A DNA stretch of 64,000 bases from Parcubacteria group bacterium (GTDB taxonomy: Bacteria > Patescibacteriota > Patescibacteriia > UBA2169). The stretch spans positions 221,414 to 285,413 of the forward strand of contig JACOYR010000001.1 of NCBI GenBank assembly GCA_016181765.1, read 5' to 3'. Of this stretch, positions 1 to 8,103 are shown piece by piece (positions within the stretch are counted from its first letter, which is position 1; the number at the start of each line of letters is the position of its first letter). A program made the translations under genes and the position numbers. The notes beneath the pieces are model-generated. The model saw only the letters and a program-made list of their open reading frames with translations. It was not told where the DNA came from and made no database searches.

Positions 1-93
1 ACCATTGATTGATTCAACCTCTCTGGCAGCCAAAGACTCCCCTGTTTTTACGGGAGCCACGGTGTAGTTTTGTTTTTGTTTTTGTTCGTCCAT
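1..93 (-). CDS. 5' end of a gene running off the window edge (MDEQKQKQNYTVAPVKTGESLAAREVESING...); possibly a ribonucleotide reductase
   Basis: ATG at 93, open frame to the edge. Product is inferred only from upstream NrdR-like boxes and the adjacent PduO gene. Confidence 0.45.
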   Translation of the reverse strand, partial: MDEQKQKQNYTVAPVKTGESLAAREVESING

Positions 94-95
94 AG

Positions 96-177
96 GCACA
101 ACTTAGTGTGTTGCTAAGATAGGCGCAAACACAATAGGTTGTGCTTGCACTGTGGATTATACCACTAGATATTGTGT
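96..177. promoter_or_regulatory. Three NrdR-box-like 16-mers
   Basis: gcacaacttagtgtgt (96-111), acacaataggttgtgc (129-144), ccactagatattgtgt (162-177) resemble the NrdR consensus acaCwAtATaTwGtgt; starts are 33 bp apart. Confidence 0.65.
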
Positions 178-214
178 TTGTTAAACATGCAAGGTTAGCC
201 TAAAACAAACGCCG

Positions 215-223
215 TGTGGATAA
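215..223 (-). promoter_or_regulatory. DnaA box
   Basis: Exact TTATCCACA on the minus strand; a 1-mismatch copy lies at 151-159. Confidence 0.45.
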
Positions 224-224
224 G

Positions 225-827
225 TCAGGCTCCGGGCGCGCGGCGCGGGGACTGCGGAGGAATCGGCCCTATTCCGCCGCGCCACTCCGGCTCGGCAATG
301 CCCCTCTGCTGGTTCAAAAACCGCGCCAACACGTACCAGTAGTCCGAGAGCCGATTCAGGTACTTGATAATGAGCGGATTGAACGGCCCCGCACCATGCG
401 CATGCACCACGGAGCGCTCTGCCCGGCGGGTTATGGTCCGAATCCAGTAGGCCATGGCAGCCGCCGGGACGCCGCCGGGAAGCAAAAAGTGCTTCTGCGG
501 GGAAAGCAGAGATTCAATGGCCGTAATCCGCTCCTCCAACAAAAAAACGTCAGCCTCGGCGATCCTTGGGATGTAGGAGCGCGACTCGTCCGGCGCATCC
601 GGGGGAGTCGCGATTTCAGCGCCAATAGTAAAACACGCGGACTGCACAGCCCTTAGGTCATGCATAACCTGCTCTGACATGTCAGGGCGCGCCAAAAACA
701 GCCCGATTGCGCTATTAAGCTCGTCAATGTCCCCGTTCGCGCATACGCCAGGGTCGTCTTTGGGAACCCGTGCCCCGCCGAACCGGCCTGTTTCGCCTTT
801 GTCGCCTGTTTTAGTTACTACGCCCAT
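225..827 (-). CDS. pduO: PduO-type ATP:cob(I)alamin adenosyltransferase
   Basis: Motifs TKTGDKGET, GDIDELNSAIG, FLLPGG, RTITRRAER, YLNRLSD. Start could also be 854 or 857. Confidence 0.9.
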   Translation of the reverse strand: MGVVTKTGDKGETGRFGGARVPKDDPGVCANGDIDELNSAIGLFLARPDMSEQVMHDLRAVQSACFTIGAEIATPPDAPDESRSYIPRIAEADVFLLEERITAIESLLSPQKHFLLPGGVPAAAMAYWIRTITRRAERSVVHAHGAGPFNPLIIKYLNRLSDYWYVLARFLNQQRGIAEPEWRGGIGPIPPQSPRRAPGA

Positions 828-865
828 ACAAAAGGCGGAAATTTCTCCCGCCATCACAGTATAGG

Positions 866-1903
866 CTATTCAGGAGAATACATCAATTGTTTTCCCAAAT
901 CCCAAAATCTTGAATCCCGCTGCTCCTCTTTGAGCCAGTACCACCACTCAACTCCCCACACATAAATCTCCGAGAAGCCGGTTTTCCTGGCAAAATCAAC
1001 AGTGGCCAAGGTCCGGCTGTAGTTCATGCTCTCAAACTGTTCCGCAAGCGGGGTGAGGGGGAGCGGGATCAGCGTCCAAGGCTCAAGCTGGAGTTCCGAG
1101 AGGAACACGCCATCAAGGTTTTTGTTGATTGCGCGGGTAAAAGCCGCACGCTTCTGGTAAAAGCCCGGGCGCAGGGGGTAGTAGAACCTGCCGAACATCG
1201 GATTGTCGGTCACGCGGTACAGGCTCACCCCCAAGCGGTCAACAGAGCGGGAAAGCGAGAGCCACCCCCCAAGCTCCCCGGAGTCAGTGGTGGCAATGGG
1301 ACGGCCGTCCAGGGACCGCACAAGCTCTGCCTCGGCGCGAAACAGCCCTGTGGTTGGCGCGTGGCCATAACACTCCCCGAACAGGAACGTAGGCTCGTTT
1401 TCCACCTGCCAGAGAGCGATGTTTTCGTGGCGCTTGAGCTCGTTGACGGTGGCTTCAAGGAATCCGAGCACCAAGCCGTCCAGCTCCTCGTGCGGCGTGC
1501 CGTACACCCAGCCCGGATCATGGCACTCGGGCCAGCGCATGAGCTTCCTGCCCACGTTCAACGTGACAGTAGCCCCGCGTTTTTCGGCCTCATCAAGCAT
1601 CCAGTGGATATCCGAAAAATCATACTCACCCTGGTTGCGCTCTACCTGGCTCCAGGGTACGGCGAGCCTTAAGCGCTTGGCGCGCATATCATCCAAGAGC
1701 GCGATGTAGACCTCTTTCCAATCAAGCCCCAAATCCTCTGCCTGCTGCGGGAAAAACGAAACCCCCCACGTGATGTCGCCCGGCTCCTCTACCCCCTCCC
1801 CGGACAAAAACCAAATCACAAACCCCACCAACAGCACAATGATTGCGGTGCCCGTGATTTTCAGCGTGCGTTTAAGATACTTCTGGCGCTTGAGTGGGTG
1901 CAT
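866..1903 (-). CDS. Membrane-anchored clan GH-A glycoside hydrolase (beta-galactosidase/cellulase-like)
   Basis: N-terminal TM helix; RLAVPWSQVE..GEYDFS, WQVENEP (acid/base) and LSELQLEPW (putative nucleophile). Confidence 0.7.
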   Translation of the reverse strand: MHPLKRQKYLKRTLKITGTAIIVLLVGFVIWFLSGEGVEEPGDITWGVSFFPQQAEDLGLDWKEVYIALLDDMRAKRLRLAVPWSQVERNQGEYDFSDIHWMLDEAEKRGATVTLNVGRKLMRWPECHDPGWVYGTPHEELDGLVLGFLEATVNELKRHENIALWQVENEPTFLFGECYGHAPTTGLFRAEAELVRSLDGRPIATTDSGELGGWLSLSRSVDRLGVSLYRVTDNPMFGRFYYPLRPGFYQKRAAFTRAINKNLDGVFLSELQLEPWTLIPLPLTPLAEQFESMNYSRTLATVDFARKTGFSEIYVWGVEWWYWLKEEQRDSRFWDLGKQLMYSPE

Positions 1904-1909
1904 GTGGCG

Positions 1910-2467
1910 CTACCGTTCAATGTCTCCTCTGAATAATTCTACCACAATGAGCGTAAGAATAGTGCCCGCGGCAAACACGCCCCAGAGCATCCCCCACTCC
2001 CGCGCGACCGCGCCTGACCAGATGGGGTACAATACCGCGGCTGACAAAACAAATGCGACATAGTAGTCAACCGGAAACGGGCCAAACCAGCGCTTGTGCC
2101 ACCACACGTCATTCTTTGGCCTCCTGCGGATGACTCCATAGTGCGGATTGATGATAATCCAGAGGTAGTCCCACACTGCGCTGAAGACGAAGAACGTGGA
2201 AATTACCCAGAGCTCTCCGGCAAGAGACCACGCGCTTCCCGCAAAAAACGGGTAGTGCAGAAACAAGAGCACCAATCCGAATACGCCGATGTGGTAGCCC
2301 GTAAGCTCTTTGCCGCCCATTGCTTTACGGTAGAGCTTTGCATACCACTTTTCCCCGGGCTTCCAGGTGGGCAGCTTGCTCGCCCACCCGTGCTTGCCCT
2401 CAATCTGCACCTCAAGGAACGCGAGCAGGAGTGCGGTGATGAACAGATAGATTGCGTGGTTGAGCAT
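1910..2467 (-). CDS. Multi-pass membrane protein of unknown function
   Basis: About 5 hydrophobic helices; EVQIEGKHGWASKLPTW segment; start MLNHAIY directly follows the PIN gene. Confidence 0.7.
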   Translation of the reverse strand: MLNHAIYLFITALLLAFLEVQIEGKHGWASKLPTWKPGEKWYAKLYRKAMGGKELTGYHIGVFGLVLLFLHYPFFAGSAWSLAGELWVISTFFVFSAVWDYLWIIINPHYGVIRRRPKNDVWWHKRWFGPFPVDYYVAFVLSAAVLYPIWSGAVAREWGMLWGVFAAGTILTLIVVELFRGDIER

Positions 2468-2468
2468 G

Positions 2469-2906
2469 TTATTTTGTTTTAATGAGTTCAGCCGGGGTGA
2501 TTCTCTTAACCCCGAGCTTGTCAAAATCTTTGTCGTATGAAATGAGAGTAAGATGGTTAATGGCAATCAAGTAATGCGCCCCTATCATGGCATCAATAAA
2601 TTTGATGGAATGCGCCTCATACAGAGCCATGCCCCACTCAAAATAATACTGATCGACAATATGCAACTGGGGAAGCCTGGATATGCCATTCAGAGACCGC
2701 ACCACTGCCTGCTTTGGCGTCTTATATACGTTCGCAAGCACCCAATTGATCTCTGCCATAACCAGTGTAGAAGTGTACGCCATCACATCGCTGTTTTTTA
2801 TCAACGACAGTACGCGGGAACACTCTTGGTATGTTTTTTCGTCTTCTCTAATCAAGACGCGCAAGAAAATGTTTGAATCAATAAAGTACTCGCTAGAACC
2901 GTTCAT
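2469..2906 (-). CDS. PIN-domain (VapC-like) toxin
   Basis: FIDSNIFLR, STLVMAE, FIDAMI, ISYDKDFD acidic PIN motifs. Confidence 0.88.
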   Translation of the reverse strand: MNGSSEYFIDSNIFLRVLIREDEKTYQECSRVLSLIKNSDVMAYTSTLVMAEINWVLANVYKTPKQAVVRSLNGISRLPQLHIVDQYYFEWGMALYEAHSIKFIDAMIGAHYLIAINHLTLISYDKDFDKLGVKRITPAELIKTK

Positions 2907-3258
2907 AGTGCTTTTCGAAAAGCTCGCGAGCCTTGAGTGCGGAAATCACCTTTTTCGGTTTGAGAAATCCGGCTAAATCCAAAATATCTTCGGTGTGTTC
3001 TTTTTTCTTCTTTTTACCAAAAAGCGCGTGTGTATCCTTTGTCTCGCCGTGCAGGTACTCTTGGTACCCCTCATTGATCTGTTTTTTTATTTCCGGATCA
3101 TGCATCTCTAAAATCTCATCCAGGTCCTCCATGCCAACAATCCCGGCGACCGGGATGCCGTCTTTTTCCAGCACAAAGTGCTCTTTGTTTACATGCGCAC
3201 GGCGCACAATTTGGCCTAAATTAATTCTCGCTTTGGTGAGTGGTATGTGATGTACCAT
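2893..3258 (-). CDS. Phd/YefM-family antitoxin
   Basis: IPLTKARINLGQIVRRA...FVLEKDGIPVAGIV N-terminal Phd fold; overlaps the PIN gene. Confidence 0.8.
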   Translation of the reverse strand: MVHHIPLTKARINLGQIVRRAHVNKEHFVLEKDGIPVAGIVGMEDLDEILEMHDPEIKKQINEGYQEYLHGETKDTHALFGKKKKKEHTEDILDLAGFLKPKKVISALKARELFEKHYERF

Positions 3259-3264
3259 ATAATG

Positions 3265-3319
3265 ATTGATTAACATTGATTAACGTTAATAAGTATACCA
3301 CAATCAACGACCTTGTCAA
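3265..3319 (-). promoter_or_regulatory. Sigma70 promoter and probable operator of the TA pair
   Basis: TTGACA (3314-3319), 16 nt, TGn-TATACT (3292-3297); tandem attgattaac repeats (3265-3284) and palindrome attaacgttaat (3279-3290). Confidence 0.6.
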
Positions 3320-3325
3320 AAAAAA

Positions 3326-4174
3326 TTAAAACGCGATTAATCCTATACCGATTGAAATCAACACAATAGCCGCGATCTTCTGTGCTAAGACGCCGCCGGT
3401 TAAGCGTTCTGACAATACCCGTGGAAACTTCTTTGACAATAACACAACCATGATAAGCAAGAATGCATACTGAACGCCCTGCATGGCATTGACCAGTGAT
3501 ACGGATGCGAGCGAAATCGCGTAATTGACCAGAACAAACCCCAAAGCGCCTGCCGCCTGGCCCGTGAAGAATAACACAGCAGTGGTGCCAGTCCCCTTTT
3601 GTTTGGGTTGATGAAATATGCCATAACGCGCCGAAGGAATCAGCAGAAATGATAAGGCCATCAAAAATCCGCCGATTCTGGACCACACAAACCCGGAGAT
3701 GAACGCCTGTTCCAGGTACACCTGCTTGGTGATGACAAATGACGCCGCAAACACGAACGCGGCCATGACAGCATATGCATATCCTAAGGCTCTCCCGCGG
3801 CCGCGGCGCTCAAGCGTGATTAACACGCTGCCCGCGACCAAAGCCGCGAACGCGAGAATTTCAGTTTGGCCGAGCCGCTCGCCCAAAAAGAAATATGCCA
3901 GTACAAATGTGAATGCAGGCACAAACCCGCCTGTGAGCGGAACAACGCGCGAAGCTTCATTCTCTTTTAAGCCTGCAAAAAAGAACACCAGGGCAAGAAT
4001 GAACGTGGCGCCCGCAACCAATGCACGTATAACTTCAACGCTTGACGGAATGACAACGCCGAATGGAATCAAAAACGGCGAAGGAATGCGCTTTGACGAC
4101 AAGAGGAACTTGTCCATCAAAAACGCGAGCGCGTTCAGGAAATGCCCGGCTAAAACTATGGCAATCCAGTTCAT
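3326..4174 (-). CDS. DMT/EamA family transporter
   Basis: Two EamA-like repeats (EASRVVPL..LAYFFLGERL; AISLASVSLVNAMQGVQY). First repeat seems to lack one helix. Confidence 0.85.
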   Translation of the reverse strand: MNWIAIVLAGHFLNALAFLMDKFLLSSKRIPSPFLIPFGVVIPSSVEVIRALVAGATFILALVFFFAGLKENEASRVVPLTGGFVPAFTFVLAYFFLGERLGQTEILAFAALVAGSVLITLERRGRGRALGYAYAVMAAFVFAASFVITKQVYLEQAFISGFVWSRIGGFLMALSFLLIPSARYGIFHQPKQKGTGTTAVLFFTGQAAGALGFVLVNYAISLASVSLVNAMQGVQYAFLLIMVVLLSKKFPRVLSERLTGGVLAQKIAAIVLISIGIGLIAF

Positions 4175-5487
4175 GTGCCAAAAATAATTTTTTTAATATG
4201 TTCCACCCCGTCCCGGGGCACCTCCAAATACCCCTGTAGAGCGGCTTCCGCGAGCCAGCCGTTATCCAAATAATCCAAAAGCCACTCATGGCTGTACTTT
4301 GGATTTTCCTGTGTAATGCCCGCGCCAATCACCTCAAGCCAGTACCGGTTAAAAAACTCCTGTGAGCCGATGGGAGGAGCTATGACAATGGGAACCCCGA
4401 GGGCCGTATAGAACGAGAGTTCGCTCGGCTTGGTCCAGAGGATGTCTGTTTCGCGCAGGGCAAGGTTGAACTTGTGGAAGTATTCCTCTTTCCGGTCCGC
4501 AGAAATGATTTTGATGCCATGCCCCACGTAATCGTCCAGCCTGAACTCGCTGATGCTGCGCTTGAAGAACTCAAGCACGTCATTGTGAATGCCCGCAACC
4601 AAACACACCCCGATGCGCCCGGTTTTGATGTGCACGCTAAGGCTCTCAAGGATTTGGCACCCGAGCGCCCGCTGGGCGCCTGCGCCGCCGATTGCGAACA
4701 TCACCCACACGCGCTTGTCTTCCCCGCCAACGGACGCAGGCTTTTTGCCGAGGAACTGCTCCAGGGTGTCCCCGTAGTTTTTGTGGAACGTGCCTGAAGG
4801 GTCCAGCACCCGAAGCCTGCGCCACAAATCTTTTTTGAGCACTGACTCATGGGGGCCGATGTTTTCCTCCGGAAGCGGAAACCCGGTGAGCGTGATGTTC
4901 TTCTCGGGCACGCCGTAGAGCTTGAGCCGCTCGCTCGCGCGCTTGGTGGGGGTTAAGTAGTGGATACGGCTCGCAGCCGGATCAAGAGGCGCCCAGGCGC
5001 GCGAAATGTCCGCATCCGTGACAATGCAGTAGATGTCTCCCGGGTACTCCCACACCTCGGCCATGAACGCCGGAATGAAAAACGTGGCAACAAGCGGGTG
5101 TGGGTCTTTTCCCAGCTTCTCAATGAGGTGCTTGCCCCACTGCTTGCGCTTGATGAGCGCATAGGTCTGCTTGAGCTGCAGGCTCGGGCGCGTGAGGTTG
5201 CGGCGCGGGTAGAAAAAATCAATGCGCTGGAACCGGTCAAACAGGTTCCACGCCCACTCGCCGATGAGGGGGATGTTTTTAAAGCGCGAAAACGCCTCAT
5301 ACACGGTGCGGGACTGCTGCCACCGCTTGCGGTCCGTCTCCGGAATGCCCGGGTACGCGTTTGCATTGATGACCTCTTGGTGATCAAGCTCCCGCAGGGG
5401 GTATGCCGCGCGCTGGTGGCCGTATCCCATATCAACCGCAACAATCCATGCCTGGTGCGCCTTGGTGTGTGTTTTTGTTTGAGGCAT
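4171..5487 (-). CDS. GT-B-fold glycosyltransferase-like protein (CPR DUF6938-like; MGDG synthase/MurG-like)
   Basis: AVDMGYGHQRAA, IVTDADISRAW, ITLTGFPL, DILWTKPSELSFY, PPIGSQE motifs. Confidence 0.7.
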   Translation of the reverse strand: MPQTKTHTKAHQAWIVAVDMGYGHQRAAYPLRELDHQEVINANAYPGIPETDRKRWQQSRTVYEAFSRFKNIPLIGEWAWNLFDRFQRIDFFYPRRNLTRPSLQLKQTYALIKRKQWGKHLIEKLGKDPHPLVATFFIPAFMAEVWEYPGDIYCIVTDADISRAWAPLDPAASRIHYLTPTKRASERLKLYGVPEKNITLTGFPLPEENIGPHESVLKKDLWRRLRVLDPSGTFHKNYGDTLEQFLGKKPASVGGEDKRVWVMFAIGGAGAQRALGCQILESLSVHIKTGRIGVCLVAGIHNDVLEFFKRSISEFRLDDYVGHGIKIISADRKEEYFHKFNLALRETDILWTKPSELSFYTALGVPIVIAPPIGSQEFFNRYWLEVIGAGITQENPKYSHEWLLDYLDNGWLAEAALQGYLEVPRDGVEHIKKIIFGT

Positions 5488-5497
5488 ACGTCTAGAC

Positions 5498-5536
5498 TGT
5501 CATCCCGAGCGAGCGTACTCGCGAGCCGAGGGATCT
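5498..5536. repeat. REP-like palindromic element (family A)
   Basis: tgtcatcccgagcgagcgtactcgcgagccgagggatct; similar to the arm at 27698-27736. Confidence 0.55.
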
Positions 5537-5639
5537 AGTCTGAATATTAAACAAAGTTAGTATACCACTTTTTGCTTGCAAAAACCAAAAAGAAAGCGCC
5601 CCACTCTCGTGCTGTGTGCATTGTTAAGCCGAAACTGAA

Positions 5640-7049
5640 CTACATGAAAAAGCGGTCCCAGAATACGATTCCCGTAAATGCCGTAAAAAACAGTATGATA
5701 ACCACAACAATTCCCTGCCGCCACCACGCGGGCCTGAATGCTTTCGCCAGTTGCGTCTTGTTCAGGATGAGCGTCAGAGTCACGTGCACGAGCATGGCAA
5801 AGGCATTGATGACCGCCCCAAGCACCAAAAGGGCGCGCGGCTCCGTAAAGCCTGCAAGCAGCACAATGGCGCCGAGCCCGATAAAGCCCCAGAGCACGGA
5901 ATAGAACAGCCTGCGCGAGTGCGCAACCTTGCCTTGCGACTCGCGGCGTATGGCAATGTTTTCGGAAATGATGCGCGAGCTTGATTCAAACACCACGATC
6001 TGGGTGGCCAAGAGCATAATGCCGCCCGCAAGCAAAAACAGGGTGCCCAAAATCGGCGCAACGCTCGCAATGCCGCGAGCTTCGGCAAGCACAAAGTTGA
6101 TGCTTGCGGAGGTGTTGGGCGCGCCGTACGTGGTGAGGTACGCCAAAAACGCGAGCATCACCATGGTCGCGGCTCCGGTCATCCAGAACACCAGGGCGTG
6201 CTCCGCGTTGATCTTCCTCCACCACGCTCTGAACTGCTTTACGTTTTCAACGGTCGGCTCAACGCGCGCGCGGCTGCTCGGGGTGTGTTGAGATTGGGAT
6301 GCGCCCGTAACCGGGCTGGTAATGGCTGCCGCGTACTTGCCCATGCCATACCCCTTTTCCTTGATGTAGAACGATTGCGCGAGGTTCAAGTTGCCGCCGG
6401 CGCCCGAGTATGCAAATGCCGAAAGGAACACTGCCAAAGCAATGCCTTCCGGCAGGAATAGATACCCATCTCCCCTTCCTATGAGGCCGTTTGCCAGGGC
6501 AACCCAGTCCGCCCTCTCCGCGAGATATATCGTCAAAATAAATATGCATGGCACTGATATGCCAATGACTGTTTTCTGGAATTTTTCCACCACGTGGTAG
6601 AGCACGGGCCCGAGCGTGAACAAGAGGCCCGTAAGGACAAGCAGGCCGATGGCAATGTACTCGGTGCGCGCAATGCCGAACACCGCGCCGATCATGACCG
6701 CGCTTGCCGCAGCCATGCCTGGCCACACAAATCCCACGAACGTGGACAGCATAAACCAGTACGGCAATCCAGCCCACATGCGGTTAAAGCCCACAAACAC
6801 GCTCTCGCCTTTGACGAGCGCATAGCGCTCAATTTCCATGTTCATAAAAAACTGGAACGTGATGCCCAAGACCGCGGCCCAGATAATGCCAAGGCCGTAG
6901 TTTGAGGCAAGGTACGGCCAGAGAATCACTTCTCCGCTGCCGAGCCCGAGTCCGAGCAGGATAAAACTCGGGCCAATGAGGTGGCGCAGCTTGGGTGCTT
7001 TTGGAAATTGCTTTATCTCGCCTCCCCGGCGAACACCTTTTATTTTCAT
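5640..7049 (-). CDS. Nramp-related divalent metal transporter
   Basis: IGPSFILLGLGLGSGEVILWP, EIERYALVKGES; about 11 TM helices. Confidence 0.75.
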   Translation of the reverse strand: MKIKGVRRGGEIKQFPKAPKLRHLIGPSFILLGLGLGSGEVILWPYLASNYGLGIIWAAVLGITFQFFMNMEIERYALVKGESVFVGFNRMWAGLPYWFMLSTFVGFVWPGMAAASAVMIGAVFGIARTEYIAIGLLVLTGLLFTLGPVLYHVVEKFQKTVIGISVPCIFILTIYLAERADWVALANGLIGRGDGYLFLPEGIALAVFLSAFAYSGAGGNLNLAQSFYIKEKGYGMGKYAAAITSPVTGASQSQHTPSSRARVEPTVENVKQFRAWWRKINAEHALVFWMTGAATMVMLAFLAYLTTYGAPNTSASINFVLAEARGIASVAPILGTLFLLAGGIMLLATQIVVFESSSRIISENIAIRRESQGKVAHSRRLFYSVLWGFIGLGAIVLLAGFTEPRALLVLGAVINAFAMLVHVTLTLILNKTQLAKAFRPAWWRQGIVVVIILFFTAFTGIVFWDRFFM

Positions 7050-7057
7050 AGCACGTG

Positions 7058-7681
7058 CTACAATCGCACTCTCTGTTTTTTCACCGCATCTTCAAAAAAT
7101 CTGCTCAACCCCGCTTTAGTGACCGCACGTTTTAGGAACACGACGCTTGTCTCGCTTACATCATCAAGGTACACCAGCTGCTCAAGGAAGAGCCGATCAT
7201 TGAAATCATCGCCATACACCCGCGCGGCCCGCCGCATAACGCTGCCAAGCGCGGCGCGTTTCTCTTTGAGTATGCAGTACAAGTCAAAGTAGTCCTTAAA
7301 ATCGCCTCTCCTTCCGATGGTGTATGCTTTGGTGACTGCAATATCAGGAACCGCCAGCAACTGAACGCCCCGGTAGGAAACGGTTTTTTGTTTGATCGCA
7401 TACGGATAGTGCAAAAATGTGCACTTAACGCCGGCAATGATCACGGTGAGCTCATCGCGATTGTTCACTAAATCGCGCACCGCATCATCAAAAAATACGT
7501 CTTTAACTTTCTGCAGCAACGAGTTGCGGATGGGGGCATGGGTGAATAAATCAAAATCAACGGAAACGCGATGCCCGATTTGCAGCGCGAGCGCCGTGCC
7601 CCCGGCAAGATAGAACCCCCTAAACTCACCGAGCTTTGGAAACAGTTCTGCGGCCTTTTTTGTGAGCGCCTCGTGGTGCAT
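7058..7681 (-). CDS. AbiEii/AbiGii-like nucleotidyltransferase toxin
   Basis: FYLAGGTALALQIGHRVSVDFDLF, KAYTIGRRGDFKDYFDLY. Confidence 0.85.
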   Translation of the reverse strand: MHHEALTKKAAELFPKLGEFRGFYLAGGTALALQIGHRVSVDFDLFTHAPIRNSLLQKVKDVFFDDAVRDLVNNRDELTVIIAGVKCTFLHYPYAIKQKTVSYRGVQLLAVPDIAVTKAYTIGRRGDFKDYFDLYCILKEKRAALGSVMRRAARVYGDDFNDRLFLEQLVYLDDVSETSVVFLKRAVTKAGLSRFFEDAVKKQRVRL

Positions 7682-7952
7682 AGCGGTATGATTTGACAGA
7701 AAAAATAATGCCAGCCAAAGGCCGAACGTGCGCGCGAAGCGCGGTTCGCGGCACTCCTGCAAGCACGCGGCCAACCCCCCGGCGGCCGTACCGCTTGGCA
7801 ATCCACCGCCAGTGCCGCAAGCTCCCATAGTTGACGGCCGCCGTGATAATCGTCTTTTTGTCGCGCGTCGCATCAAGCCGACCGACGTCATACGACCACA
7901 GGATGGGCTTGAAAAATGACGGAAGTTTTGATGGCTGTTTTTCCTTGCTCAT
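7626..7952 (-). CDS. Cognate antitoxin-like small protein (DUF6922-like)
   Basis: FKPILWSYD..LD..RDKKTII..VNYGSLRHWRWIAKRYG; lies upstream of and overlaps the nucleotidyltransferase gene. Confidence 0.7.
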   Translation of the reverse strand: MSKEKQPSKLPSFFKPILWSYDVGRLDATRDKKTIITAAVNYGSLRHWRWIAKRYGRRGVGRVLAGVPRTALRAHVRPLAGIIFSVKSYRYAPRGAHKKGRRTVSKAR

Positions 7953-8017
7953 GTGTGTAGTATACCATTTTTGTTCTGAAAAACCAACACGGAATTTCCA
8001 TGAGCTCTCAAAAAGAA

Positions 8018-8062
8018 AAGCGCCGCACCTCCACCATAGAACAGTGAAAAGATGCGGCGCTT
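8018..8062 (-). terminator. Probable terminator of the lipoprotein gene
   Basis: Inverted repeat aagcgccgca...tgcggcgctt with a T-rich tail on the minus strand. Confidence 0.5.
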
Positions 8063-8103
8063 CGTGAAAGAGCGTTCCGGTTCAGCCGTCGGCGCTGAAC
8101 CGG

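Noticed and set aside
151-223. Replication origin
   Set aside because: Only one perfect and one near DnaA box, with another isolated box at 12873-12881; no dense cluster or dnaA/dnaN.
828-865. Cobalamin riboswitch before pduO
   Set aside because: The intergenic space is far too short.
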